Origin: Chiloscyllium plagiosum
Taxonomy: Eukaryota
DNA: 64,000 bases
Assembly: GCF_004010195.1 (NCBI RefSeq)
Contig: NC_057718.1
Span: 18,930,588-18,994,587, forward strand
Direction of reading: 5' to 3'
This document shows positions 51,268-63,680 of this stretch, in pieces. The first letter of the stretch is position 1. Every line of letters begins with the position of its first letter. Made by a program: the position numbers and the translations under genes. The notes under the pieces are model-generated. The model made no database searches and was not told where the DNA came from. It saw only the letters and a program-made list of their open reading frames with translations.

Positions 51268-51646
51268 ATTTCCTTGCCTATCACCTATTTGAGGAAACTA
51301 GACTTTGACAATTCCCAACATGAAAATCTGAGCAGATACCTGGCAACACTAATTCCCCACTTAGGCCTCCACCTTGAAAGCCCAGTAATAACATCTCAGG
51401 GTCACAAGCCATTGCACCCCTCATCAACAGACTCTGATTTCTGACAGTTGCCAGCCTCGTGGAACCTTCATGATCCACTTGCAGGATGTACCCGTAGTTC
51501 AATGCTGCAGCTCCCGCTGCACTTGCAACTAACTATTCAACCAGCTGCTTCTTAGGCATGTTCACTTGCTCACTTTGAGCCTACCTTGATTTTCACAGCA
51601 TCATTGCTTTGTCTTTCTTGTTTTGCACTGTGCCCATCTCAGTTGC

Positions 51647-51733
51647 GAGTGTGGTGCTGGAAAGACACAGCAGGTCAGGCAGTATTCAAGGAGCAGGAGA
51701 ATGAACATTTCAGGCATAGACCCTTCATCAGGA
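51647..51733 (-). mobile_element. PLE terminal micro-fragment
   Basis: Minus strand starts tc-ctgatga-a-gggtctatgcct-gaaa-tgttc followed by the PLE terminus. Confidence 0.75.
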
Positions 51734-51997
51734 GGGCAGTGGTCAGCCTGTGCTCACACTTCTTCTGTCTTGCCTTGCTGACATAAAGCCAGGAAACTTG
51801 TCATGGCTGTCTGTAGTTCAGAGTCACATCAACGGAGATAGCCTTCAGTTTTGGGGGCACAGAAAATCAAGGGCAGCTTCTGACAATGGTCCAGGGGCTT
51901 GGACATGGTCAGTCAGCCACAGAAATGATTAGATTCAAGATCTTCTCCTCGTAAAAGGGTGAGGGGGCATATATCGGGATTCCTATCTACCCTGAGT

Positions 51998-52121
51998 TTA
52001 GATCAGAGTGGTGCTGGAAAAGCACAGCAAGTCAGGCAGCATCCGAGGAGCAGGAAAATCAACGTTTTGGGCAAAAGCCCTTCATCAGGAATAGAGGCAG
52101 GAAGCCTCCAGGGTGGAGAGA
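51998..52121 (-). mobile_element. PLE terminal fragment with hammerhead (G12 mutated)
   Basis: Minus strand attc-ctgatga-a-gggc-tttt-gccc-aaaacgttga. Closest to the 3337-3506 subfamily. Confidence 0.8.
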
Positions 52122-52134
52122 TTTATCAGAAACA

Positions 52135-53020
52135 AGCATGCTAACTTAAATAAGGGTAATTACTAAGGAATGAGGGCAGAGTTAGCTCGTGTGGACTGTA
52201 GAAGGAGTCGACCAAAAAAGACAGTTGATAAACGATGTCAGATATTTTTAAAAGTAGCTCATGACTCACAACTAAAATACATCCCTGTAAGAAAGAAATA
52301 TTCTAGGAAGAGGATACATCTACCAAGGAAGTTAAGGACAGCATCAAGTTGAAGGTACCACATGTAAGGCTACTCAATAAGATAAAAACGCAAAGTATTG
52401 GTAGTAATACATTAGTGTGAATAGAGGATTGGTGAACTAATTGAAGACAGCGAGTTGGGATAAGGAGGAAATTTTCAGGATGGCAACCTGTAACTAGTGA
52501 AGTGCCCAGGGATGAGTGCTGGTGCTAGAATTACTTACAATAAAATTTAATGACTTGGATGAGGGATGTTTGTCACCAAATTTGCGGATGACACAAAACT
52601 ATGTGCAAAGGCAAGTGGCAAGGGCGACGTGAAAAGTCTGCAGAGGGATAGAGACAGGTTAAGTGAAAGAGCAAAATACTGCAGGTAGAATATAATGTGG
52701 CAAAATGTGAGGTTATGCACTTTAGGAGTACGAATAAGGAGTTGAATATAATTTAAATAGAGAAAGACTGCAGAAAGCTACAGCACACAAGAATTTGTGG
52801 TCCTTATGCATGAACACAAAAAGCTAGCATTGAAGTCAAGTGGGTAGTAAGAAAACAAATTGAGTGTTGGCCTTCTTTTCAAAGGGTATGAAAAGTAGGG
52901 AGGATTTGCTAAAACTATATAAGGCTCAAGTCAGACCACAGCTGGAATAGTGTAAACAGTTTTGGGTGCCTCATCTAAAAAAGATATACTGGCATTGGAG
53001 GCAGTCGAGACAAGGTTACT
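52135..53020 (+). mobile_element. Old CR1 ORF2 fragments with large deletions
   Basis: KFADDTK (aaatttgcggatgacacaaaa), LQRDRDRL, KCEVMHF, QVRPQLE motifs. Confidence 0.78.
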
Positions 53021-53105
53021 GAAAGCCAGTGACTACCCTCTGTGACTATCGCTGATGACTCCATCATACAACAACCTGACTGAAATGACTGTAGACATAA
53101 TATAG

Positions 53106-53299
53106 AGTTGAAAATGGTGGCTCTGGAAAAGTCGATGTTTCAGACATAAGCCCTTCATTAAGAAGGGCTTTCCTGATAAAGGACTTACGCCCGAAACGTC
53201 AACTTTCCTGCTCCTTGGATGCTGCCTGACCGGCTTTGCTTTTCCAGCGCCACCTTTTTCGACTCTGATTATCCAGCATCTGCAGTCCTCACTTTCTCA
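53106..53299 (+). mobile_element. PLE terminal micro-insert with inverted 5' arm and imperfect 14-bp TSD
   Basis: tagacataatatag (53092-53105) and tagatacaatatag (53300-53313). Minus arm 53106-53162, plus arm from ttcctgataaagg..gcccgaaacgtc. Confidence 0.82.
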
Positions 53300-54339
53300 T
53301 AGATACAATATAGTACATTCTTCAATCAGAACAATGATAACATGGACCATAGATCTGTTAAAGATGAGGTTTGATGTTCAGCTTGAATGGGGGGGGGGGG
53401 CCTTGCAGTGACTCCAGACAGCAGTTTTGAGCATCCTTGCACACCATGTCTCTGGTAAAATTTCCTCATTCCCAACAAATTCAGATTGTTTTATATATGT
53501 TATAAATGATATATGTTTAATTGCTTCCATAAAATAACTCACAATTGAGGTGGAAATCACAGGACAACAACAAATCAGACTGTACACTAAGTACAAATGC
53601 ATTTCTCCAAACATCCCCTTTTTATAGAAAAGTAAATCACTATTATTTGCAGTTACAAGCTACACAGGTTACCCAATTTACATAGTCACAAGGAAACTTA
53701 TTAAATAATGATAAAATAATGTTTTAACTCCAATCAATTTCACTTCTGTCAGTCAGAGGCCCTGATGGCTTCAAAAAAATGTTGCATCCCATAATGATCA
53801 GCATATTAGCTTTCTCTTCCATCAGGTTAGATTGTTATTGTGATTGAATTAGCATTAGGAATGCTATTAAGACATTTTTGTAATTTTGTCTTCAGGGACT
53901 ATCCATTGTAATAGGAAATAATACTGTGATTCCTTGCATTAGTTGCAATTTTTTCACTTTAAGCACGATTTATTCCACCTGAACATGTATCACAGCAGGT
54001 ACTATGTTAGTTTGAAAAGACTACAGATCTCCTGTAACATTCATATTGGATTGTATTTTTATTGCTGTCATTTTCAAAGACTGGACAGAAACCCAGTTGC
54101 TCCTGCAGCCAGGAACAGCCTCAAAATATCAGAGAGATTCCTGACAACAATAGAGAATCCTGCAAAGTGAATACTCCTTAAGGTATCTCCACATATATAG
54201 TTCATTCATATAGATTTTAATTAGTAGGTACTTGTGTGAGGAGTAAAACAATGTAATCCCTATAAATGCCATGTGACTGATTTTAAAAATATTTCACATC
54301 AACATTTTCTTCATTCTCCCTTTTCCTTTGAATTCTTTC

Positions 54340-54830
54340 CTGGCATGTGATCATTGAGAGCAATAAGGTCAGCTTTGCTAATTTTTAATTGCCCTTCAGA
54401 GGATAGTGGTGAGAGGTGTCCTTCAACTACCGCAGTCCATCTCACGTTAGCTCAGCTACAGTACTATTGGGAAACAATTCTACAATTTAGAAACAGCAGC
54501 AGTGAATGAATAGTAAATCAGGATATTGTATGGTTTGAAGAAGGTGATATTGCAGATGGTAATGTTCTTTGCATCTTCTGCCTTTATCCTTCCAGGTGTT
54601 ACAGCTTGCAGTTTTTGAAAGTGCTGTCGAAGGAGCCTTGTTGCGCCGCTGCACTGTATCTGGTCAATAGTACATCCTGCTACCATTCTGCATCACTGCT
54701 AGAAAGAGTGAATAGTTGAGGTGGTGATTGGGTTTTTGATCAAGTGGCCTGCTTTGTCCTGGGTAGTGATGAGTTTCCTTTGTGATGTTGGAGTTGCATT
54801 CATCCAAGTAGTTGGAGAGTATGTCTTGTG
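54340..54830 (-). mobile_element. CR1/L2-superfamily LINE 3' region
   Basis: taattgcccttcaga..ccttcaactaccgcagtccat..tgctttgtcctgg..gttggagttgcattcatcca. Confidence 0.7.
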
Positions 54831-55857
54831 CAGTTGTGTTTCTGAACATAATGTTTAATGCTAAACTACACTCTTTAGTACCTCAGCAAACAAGTTATTC
54901 TTGGTGAATGGTGTCAGGCAATGTAGGTCAAAAGACCTGAACCTTGTCCAGCATTTGCAAACCTGAAAGGTTTGACAGAACCACATCCCATGAATGAATT
55001 CATTTTTAAAACTGTGATTCCTGATTTCCTCTTCCTCTCCCTATTTATTTATTAAGACAGCGCATCTTGCCTCTTGGAGTAAAGGTTTCAGAAATTTCAT
55101 ATACGTACAACCAGAAGTTTTATTTATTCATTGATCCGAGGACAAACAGCATGCCTCAGAATTGACTTTACACTGAATGAAGTTTGAAACTGCCTTTGGG
55201 CAAAGTAAGTCAATGTACATTGTTGCTGTCAGCTCAAAAGAGATTAACTTATTCAATGAAGACCAGAAAGCAAAACTTTAGTGGCCGTTATATCTTAGCA
55301 CACCAGGATAATATATTTGCACGTGGAAGAGGTGGGGTAAGGAGAGGAGACCAAATTTAACTTTTTGATTTTTATGATTAAGTACCTAAAAAAATCTACT
55401 TGTATGGTAATTTCCTTCCTCTGCAAACATCTGCAGCTCCAATTTATTCCAAATGATTCCGCCCTTCACTGTTCAGACCCACATGATGCAAGTATCTCCT
55501 GGATATTCAATATTTTTTAGACTGCTGTTCTTGCCTCATCCTGAGATTCACAGCGAAAGCTGTGCAACGTCACATATACAATCTTGGCCTCTTTTCAGCA
55601 GCACCAGCTCACTCTTTCTCAAAGCTGTCCTGTTCCACAGTTTTGTTTCATCCTTTGACTCATCCAACACTTCAACAAAAGATGTTTACTCTTTCTTTCA
55701 GGTGTTAAGAGTGCAAACTCCAACAAATCACAGGTATTAATGCCCCTCTAGATTTCTCTCCACTGCATTTCCTTCTTGATCCCACTGATCCACATTGGTT
55801 CAAGAAGGTACCACCACCTTTAAGGGCAACTAAGGACAGGCAATAAATGCTGGCCAG

Positions 55858-56702
55858 GAGAAAGTGAGGACTGCAGGTGCTGGTCGCATTGAAGTCAGGA
55901 AAGTGTGGCACTGGAAAAGCACAGCAGGTCAGGCAGCATCCAAGGAGTTGGAGAATCAATGTATCGGGCATAAGCCCTTCATCAGGAATGTAGGGGAGAG
56001 GGGGGAAAGGGAGCTGAGAGATAAATAGGACGTGGAGCTGGGGGGAGAAGGTAGCTGTGAGAATGATAGGTAGATGCAGGTGGGGGTGAGTGATGGTGAT
56101 AGGTCGGAGCAGATAGGTGGGAAGAAAGATGGACGGATAGGATAGTTCAAGAGGGTGCTACAGAGTTGGTGAGTAGGATCTGGGATGAGGTGGGGGAAGG
56201 AAGATGAGGAAACTGGTAAAATCAACATTAATGCCATGTGGTTGGAGGAAGTTCCAAGGCGGAAGGTGAGCTGCTTTTCTTCCAGGTATCGGGTGGCTTG
56301 GATTTTCTAGTGGAGGAGACCCAGAATTTCCATGTCCTTGGCAGAGTGGGAGGAGAAGTTGAAGTGATCGGCCACAGGATGGTGAGGTTGTTTGGTGCAT
56401 GTGAACCAGAGATATTCTCTGAAATGTTCCGCGAGTTGGCGTCCCATCTCCCCAGTGTAGAGAAGACCACATCGAGAGCAACGGACACAGTAGATGAGGT
56501 GTTTGGATGTGCAGGAAAATCTCTGCCGATGTGGAAGAATCCTTTGCGGCCTTGGATGGAGGTGAGGGTGGGAAGTGTGGGAAGTGTGGGTGCAAGGCGA
56601 CAATGTCACTGCAATAAATGACGACAGTGACTGTTTTAGAAATAATAGCTTGATGTTCAGTGTTGGGGTCATGGCCCAAGAGGATGTTGGAGGAAGTGTT
56701 GG
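55858..56702 (-). mobile_element. 5'-truncated PLE (GIY-YIG endonuclease plus terminal repeat) with 16-bp TSD
   Basis: TSD aataaatgctggccag at 55842-55857 and 56703-56718, inside a LINE tail. Degenerate hammerhead at ~55955-55990. Terminus homologous to the micro-inserts. Confidence 0.9.
56225..56540 (-). pseudogene. PLE GIY-YIG endonuclease remnant
   Basis: RQRFSCTSKHLIYCVRCSRCGLLYTGEMGRQLAEHFREY..HPVADHFN (LIY..CxxC..YTG.T.R pattern). Confidence 0.88.
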
Positions 56703-56974
56703 AATAAATGCTGGCCAGCCAGTGACGCCCATGCCTCATAAGTGAATAAAATAAAGAAATATCATATTCTAGCAGGTTTGATAACAATGTCAGGATTATA
56801 CCGGAGGGAAGCATGTATTGTAGCTGACTGACAAATTGACTTCAACCTTTCCAAGCTGAAAACCCACATTCCAACACTTCCTTCAACCTCCCCTTGGACC
56901 ATGACCCCAATACTGAACATCAAGCTATTATTTCTAAAAAACTGTCACTGTCCTAATTTCTTGCAGTGACATTG
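56601..56974. repeat. Inverted repeat, ~105-bp arms (56601-56705 / 56868-56974)
   Basis: Arms align with about a dozen differences and share a perfect block, actgaacatcaagctattatttctaaaa. Confidence 0.92.
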
Positions 56975-57799
56975 GAAACTTTGGAGACAGATCCACAACA
57001 TCATAATAGTTTGCCTCTAACAAACTCTTTAAACAAGATTCCGTTGGATGAAATCTTGTGTCCTTACCTGTGAGGTCTTTGTGGATGGAGGCATTTAATC
57101 AGTGGAATGATGGGAGATAGTAACCCAAACACATCCTTCCTCTCTTCCAATTAAATCTCTGGTGGAAATGCCTCTAGATGGTCTTCCCACCAAAGGAAGG
57201 GGGCTCATAATGCAGGGATCATGACAAGCAAACCTTGGCAAATTTGCTTGCAGACTTCTAGGGGGAAGGATCCATCATTTAAAGGCATTCAAAGTCTGAT
57301 TGAGGGCCCCAGTATTAGGAAAATGGGAACCACTGTGTGCCATACTCTGCCCTTATTAACATCACTGACCTCCCTCCACCTTTCCTCTCCCCAGCCCTAC
57401 CAATAGAATTCCTCCCCTCATTGCTCACAAATGCCTGGGTCCCTATTCTATCAAAGGCAACTGGTGTGTGTGGTTGTGCAATAGTCAAACCTTCTCTAAT
57501 AGCACTGCTGAGTACAGGACCTCTCCAGCTTCTGACTGGCCAGCAGCTTTCATTGGATAGAACTTGACCTCCAGGGTCTTTGATCCTGGGGAGCGTATTG
57601 CAGGCTTCATTAGAGCCTCATTGTACAAGATGTGGGAGGCAACAGAGAGATTCTTGCTGGCATTCCAGACAATAGCTAAGATCCCCATCAGCTGCACAAG
57701 ATTTGGCCCATCATTTCAGCTTTCTCCCACCCCTTTAAGCTGATTTCTTCCTTCCTTGACTTAATTCTTTTTTGCCCTTATCCAATCTCTCTCTATTTA

Positions 57800-59125
57800 C
57801 ATCTGAGAGTCCTATGATGGCCGCTACTCACTTTAAAAGACTCCAATTTCCTGACCCTATCCATGTCCACTTCACTATAGGCATCCAATCTCCCGTACCT
57901 CCACTCCACATGACCAGTCTCAGGGGTCTCCACTTGTTCCTTAAAAGAAGGTCAAATCAGTTAACTTCTATCACCATCCTCACCCTTTGACAATCTTGTT
58001 CGCTTATTGAACAATTTCTTTAGTTCCTCTGGCTTTCTCAAAAGATGTTTTTAGGGATACCTGATTGGATCTTACTTAAGTGTGTTTTTTTATGGAGTTT
58101 GTGAAAGATTCTTGGTTCAGTTCTATTTAGCCTCTGTTCCTCAACTCATTTTCTGGTACATCAATGACTGTATGAGTGTTGTGTCCTGCTTTCATACTGA
58201 ATTGGAAAACTTCATCAACTTTGCTTCCAATTTCCATCCTTTGCTCTGTTCCACATTGTTCCTTTCTGTCTCTTTTTTGCATTCCTTCATTTCCCTGTCA
58301 CCATTTCTGGCAATAGATTACTAATAATCACCATAAGCCCAGTGACTCTCACAGCAACGTCAGCTCCATTTCCCGATGCTGCAAAGCAATTCTGTTTTCA
58401 TCACATCTGTCCTGATGATGGAATCTTCCCCACCTGTGTTTCTGAGATCTCTTTTTTTTTCCCCAAGGATTTCCCTCAATTTTGGATAATAGATCTCTGG
58501 ATTGTGCTGTTATATTTCCTGCAATTCTGTTCTCATCCCTTCCCCTCCTTTCCAAAACCTGATAGGGATCCCCTTGTCCACACCTTTCATCATACCAGCC
58601 TCCATATTCATCAGATTATTTCCCATTGTATTTTCTTCCATCTCCAGCCTGATGTCATCATAAAACTTCCTGCTATCTCCTTTCAGCATTCCAAAGGGCC
58701 TGCTCCCTCCAGGATATTCTAGTATGATCCTCGGTGACCTCTAACACACATTCCATTCTCCACAAACCCTTTCCAGACAAATGCAAGAGATGGGACACCT
58801 GTTGTTTTACCTCATCTCTCCTCATCATCCATGGTCCCAAACTCTTGTACTCAGTGAAGCTGTGATTTACATATACTTATTTTTGTTTAATCTAAAATTT
58901 ATACTGCTTACAATGTGATCTCCTCTACCCTGGGAAGGCTCAGAGCTTCTGGTGGCTTGTCATCTTACTCCTCCACCTTGCTCTCACACTGATATCTCTA
59001 CTTTAGGGCTGCCATATTGATTCAGCGAAACTCAACATAAGCTTGAGGAATAACACGCCAACTCTCAACTAGGTACTTTTTAGTCTACATGTCTCAACAT
59101 CGGGTTTAATCATTTCAGACCCTAA
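57800..59125 (+). mobile_element. Ancient degraded PLE RT/EN region
   Basis: FTIGIQS (~FTMDVQSLY), WYINDC (~RYIDD), LENFINFASNFHP, cataagcccagtgactctcacagc (~YKPTDSHS), DRDPLVHTFH, and a tgcttacaatgtgatctcctctac EN remnant. Confidence 0.65.
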
Positions 59126-59804
59126 GTTTTGTCCCCTCACTTGATTTTCTTTTCTTTGCATGTTTGGTGTTTCTCTTTTAATGTTAACCTAACCTACTGA
59201 TTAATTCCAGCATTGTCCTTTTGTTTTGAATTTCCAGAATCCACAGTATCCTATTTCTCACTTTATTTCACCCCACCACCCCCCTCCCCCACCCCCCAAG
59301 ATGTTGGGGTGTGTCAAAACTCAAATATGTTATCACAGTGTAGTCAAAAACTATTTTTCCCAAGTGCATATTGAATTTTCTGACTGTAGCCATTTTCTGA
59401 TCAACCTGTTCAGAGGTGCAATTACACCCCCTCTGGAGTACATAGGACTTGAACCTGAACCTTGTGGTCCAGACGTAGAGAAACAGAACCTTCTGACTCT
59501 AGGTATGCTGTCAAGGGCATTGGTGACTAGCATTTGTTCTCAGGATGAAAGAAAAGTCCCATAAACTATATCTCAGGGACAGATTGTATTCTATTTTAGT
59601 TCACTTCGATTTCTGAAAATTTACTAAACTCTCAACTCTTAAAACTAAAGTTGAATGGATTGCTTTTGATCCAAGCACTCCGAACAAGTAATGAAAGAAA
59701 ATTTGTTAGATCTCTTCTGAGGAGTTCAATTGGCCTCCTGACAGGACAACATAAAAAATCAACAGCTTTTCTCAGAGGCTTGTGCCCTATCAACAGATTC
59801 ATTC

Positions 59805-59990
59805 TTACAAAGTTAAAAATCGCACAACACCAGGTTATAGTGTTACAGGTTTATTTGGAAGCACTAGCTTTCAGAGCGCTGCTCCTTCATCAGGTGGTTG
59901 TGGAGTATAAGATTGTAGGACGCAGAATATATAGCAAAAGTTTACAGTGTGATGTAACTGAAATTATATATTGAAAAAGATCTGGATTAT
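59805..59990 (-). mobile_element. PLE terminal fragment, third family, with hammerhead motif
   Basis: Minus strand 59896-59862: CAC-CTGATGA-A-GGAGC(AGC)GCTCT-GAAA-GCTA-GTG, followed by ccaaataaacctg. Confidence 0.72.
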
Positions 59991-62765
59991 TTAAGTCATT
60001 CTTACAGGAATTCTATTGCACAGACAGCCACATGGATGCTTGGAACCTTGACTTAACTAAATTCTATCAGTTGAATTTTAGGGCTCCAGTTCTGGATTCT
60101 GGTTGAAATGCAGATGGGATGCCTTACAGATCAGTTTATGCTTTACACTGAAAGACCATATTCATTTCATGTGGTCGAATGCTATCATTGGCTACCTGGT
60201 CCTGGTGTTCTACAAAACAACTTAGTTCTCTATAATATTATTGTTGATACCTTGCCAATGGCACAGACATCAGAATCTGCAAAGGACCAGTATATCAACA
60301 GCTATCTTTGAGCAAAACAGGAGAGAGAGGAACATGGACTGGTAACAATGTGATGTGTGCTTACTGCGAACTTAAAAAAGGAAAAATAAATCAAATTGCT
60401 GTGATTGATCAAGTAGGGATTAAAAACAGAGGGGAGCTATGACTCCTCCATACCTAGTCATAGCACTGTAATCTATCTTTATGAGTGTAACAATCCTTTA
60501 TTGAGATTGGCCTTGCAAATACCAGAACGTCTAAGAATATATACTATATTGTGACATCCTACCTTACATATTACAGACTGTATCTATCGTGTTTGGAGCT
60601 GGCATATATTAACATATCTTGTGGTATAAGTTGCTTCATTCCATATTAGAGAAGTTATTATTCTGTTCCTGTACTATACTATAAAAGCCTCAGTCAAAAT
60701 GAGAAATGTCTTCTGTAACTACACGGGTGATGCATTCTTGCTGTTGTCCTCCTCAACTCCTCTACAGCCTTTTTCATGTGAACTAGATTTTCTTCTCCAA
60801 TGACTTGAGTTAGTTTTCCAGTTCATTGTCTAGCAGGGGCAATGTTTTTGTGTTAGGCCTAAACATATCAGGAGTTGGGGCAGTTGGGTTAAGGAGATGT
60901 TTAGGCCCAACGGTGGGGGGACCCTCAGTCAGAGGGGGTTCCAGTGAGCTCATGTTGTTGTGGACGGTGATCACATCAGAGAAGTGAGACTGATGAGTTC
61001 AAGTGTACAGGGATTGGGGAGTAGTCAGTGATGAATAGGCAGTTCAATTTAACAGTTACCTGGAGTTTGAGTAGGTTTTAATTCCCCATAACATTTTCTG
61101 GGATTAAATTTGAGTTGGAACCCTCCAAGACTTTAGGGTCATTTTTCAGAAAGTTCCAGGCAGACCGTAATTGCCAGTCAGAATTTTCAATTTCCCAGCA
61201 AACCTCACAGGTTGAGCTGTGTATCTCCACTCCATGGCCCATAGCGATACAAGAAGCAGACCACCAAAATTCTCAAGGGCTATTATGGATGGGCATTAAA
61301 ATGCCCAGCAACAATGCCCACATCCTTTAAATGAATAAAGCAAAAAGCTCTGGTGTCTGCATAAATAATCTTCACTCCTCTGACTCAGCTCTACCATTAG
61401 TACAAATTCCTTCAGTCAAAATATTCCCATCCTTAGGAACCTGCTGCGAATAGAGCTTTTCCCAAATACCTTGTATGCTGTTTCTACAAGGCTTCCTAGA
61501 ATTCTTCTCCCCAGGAAGTTCCTTTACCGACCTCTCCTCTAATCTACTGTTTAACATTGGCCTTTATGTAAACTGGTCTAAAAATAGCTATAGAAATTCA
61601 ATTATATATGCATGTACTATATATATTGCACTTACAATATAGGAGCAATTAAAACCTGTTGCTCGATAACACACTGGGCAGATCAGATCAGATACACTAA
61701 GAAGGAATTCAGGAACATGATAGGTTATACAGATTTCATCAGTGCTTCGAGACTATGAAATCTAGACTGAAAAGAACTTTCTTTTTCATCATCTGTTCCA
61801 AGCTCTTAATTGCATTTACAGGTGGTCATTAAATCACAGGCATGAAAGTAGAAGACAGTAGGAGTGCCCTGGGCATCACAGGTATCTTCGATCAACCTTC
61901 TGTCTCAATTCAAATAATGAATGATACACCGAATCAAAATGGTGAAAACTTAGTGAGTGTCTAGTATAAAGCTTAAACTCCATGTATTTACAGTTACAGA
62001 GACCCTGTAACATTGATCAGATCTTCTGGTATCAGGAGTGGTGATACACTGTACTGAACTAACATTGCTGATATGCATTGAAACCCAGAAGAAATCCTGA
62101 CCTTAAATCCTAAAGGACATGCACCATAATTGCCCTAGAAGTTTAACCTCCAATGGGAAGGTTCACACTGCCTGGAACCATTCTTAAGTATCCCTTACAC
62201 TGATCTAATTGTCAGAGACTTGTGCTAAAAGCATACCACTTACCAGATATTTACCTTAAAATTATTAACACAGTTTAATAACTGAGTTACGCCAGAGATT
62301 AATCCAATACCACTCGCACTTCCCATAACTTCCCATAACCCCAACCATTCCATTGATCTAAACCAATACGCCCCCTCCACCTGACAACCCCATCGATTAA
62401 ACTATCCACTGCCAGACCTCTTGAGCTAATCTCCTAACCTGACCACCCACTCATAATCCAGCCCCTCACTCAACTACCCACTGAATCGCCCAACCTGACG
62501 AGGGTCCATCCTGACCACCGACTCCTCCAACCTAATTACTTACAGTACCATCCTCCAACCATACTGAACTGAACATTAAGCCAGACTAGAATAGTCAACC
62601 TTAGAACACCCTGAACCAACTACTCAGTCCCAATAGACCCATTGCTTCAGCTGGAATTGGATGTCTCAGCTGGAAAAGTGTGCAAAAAGATTAGCATACC
62701 ATGATCTCTGTGGTTAGCAGCAATGCATGCAGCATCCCTGCCGATTCTGGTCCATGTTTTCAAAA

Positions 62766-63078
62766 TTAGATTAGATTACTTACAGTGTGGAAACAGGCCC
62801 TTCGGCCCAACAAGTCCACACCGACCCGCCAAAGCGTAACCCACCCATACCCCTACATTTACCCCTTTACCTAATACTACGGGCAATTTAGCATGGCCAA
62901 TTCACCTGACTTGCACATCTTTGGACTGTGGGAGGAAACCGGAGCCCCCGGAGGAAACCCACGCAGACACGGGGTGAACGTGCAAACTCCACACAGTCAG
63001 TCGCCTGAGTCGGGAATTGAACCCGGGTCTCTGGCGCTGCGAGGCAGCAGTGCTAACCACTGTGCCACCGTGCCGCCC
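62766..63078 (-). mobile_element. Young full-length HE1-type V-SINE
   Basis: gggcggcacggTGGCACAGTGGttagc (A box), GGTTCAATTCC (B box), V-domain (tgtgtggagtttgcacgtt..ggtttcctcccacagtccaaagatgtgc), CR1-like 3' end with (tctaa)n tail. CpGs retained. Confidence 0.93.
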
Positions 63079-63439
63079 ACTGAACCATTGCTTGTCCTTA
63101 TGTATTATATGATATCTCTATTTCAAAGGACATCACAGATTTCATTGGAGAATACCTGTTGGATAGAGGTATTCCAGTCCAAATAAAACTAATACTCAAA
63201 TAGCTGTCGTCATACTTTGTTATTTCGATGACATTAATAATTGATTTACATTTTTTTGCATCCTTTTTTTGTACATCACTTAGATTTGAACTCGAAAGCG
63301 CATTTGTTTTGATTTTTTTTGTCACTTAAATATCCCCTGCTGCTGCATTTACAGTTATCTTTCCTATTCTTTGTAATGTATCTTGTTCTTGTTGAAATAG
63401 CCCTATTACACTGAAACAGAAAAAATATTGATCTGATAG

Positions 63440-63680
63440 GAAGATAGTCTTTCTGCAGATGCATGGCAACAACACCACTCCTCTTCAAGCTACACGTCAC
63501 CCTGAAATGGAACTGTATCACCTTTCCTTCACTGAGGCTGGGTCAAATTCCTGGAATCTCTTCCTAACAGCACTATGGAAGTATCTGCACCAGATGAGCC
63601 ACAGCAATTTGATAAGTTGCCTCATCACCACCTTCTCCAGTCCAATTAGGGCTGAGAAATGCCAGTAGTGCCCTCACCCC
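63440..63680 (+). mobile_element. CR1/L2-superfamily LINE 3' tail fragment
   Basis: gcagatgcatggcaacaacaccac..gctgggtcaaattcctggaa..ctcatcaccaccttctc..caattaggg. Confidence 0.7.

Noticed and set aside
54080..54166. Second possible plus-strand exon
   Set aside because: Weak AAG acceptor and gtgaat donor, unrecognised peptide.
56158..56814. 218-aa ORF
   Set aside because: Alternative frame over the PLE endonuclease remnant, the captured inverted segment and a LINE tail.
60870..62640. G-rich and C-rich strand-skewed tracts (also 17365-17554, 18185-18500)
   Set aside because: Probably internal parts of an old repeat. No defined unit or boundaries could be supported.
63005..63078. tRNA gene
   Set aside because: The A and B boxes belong to the SINE head, which continues into the V-domain and LINE-like tail.
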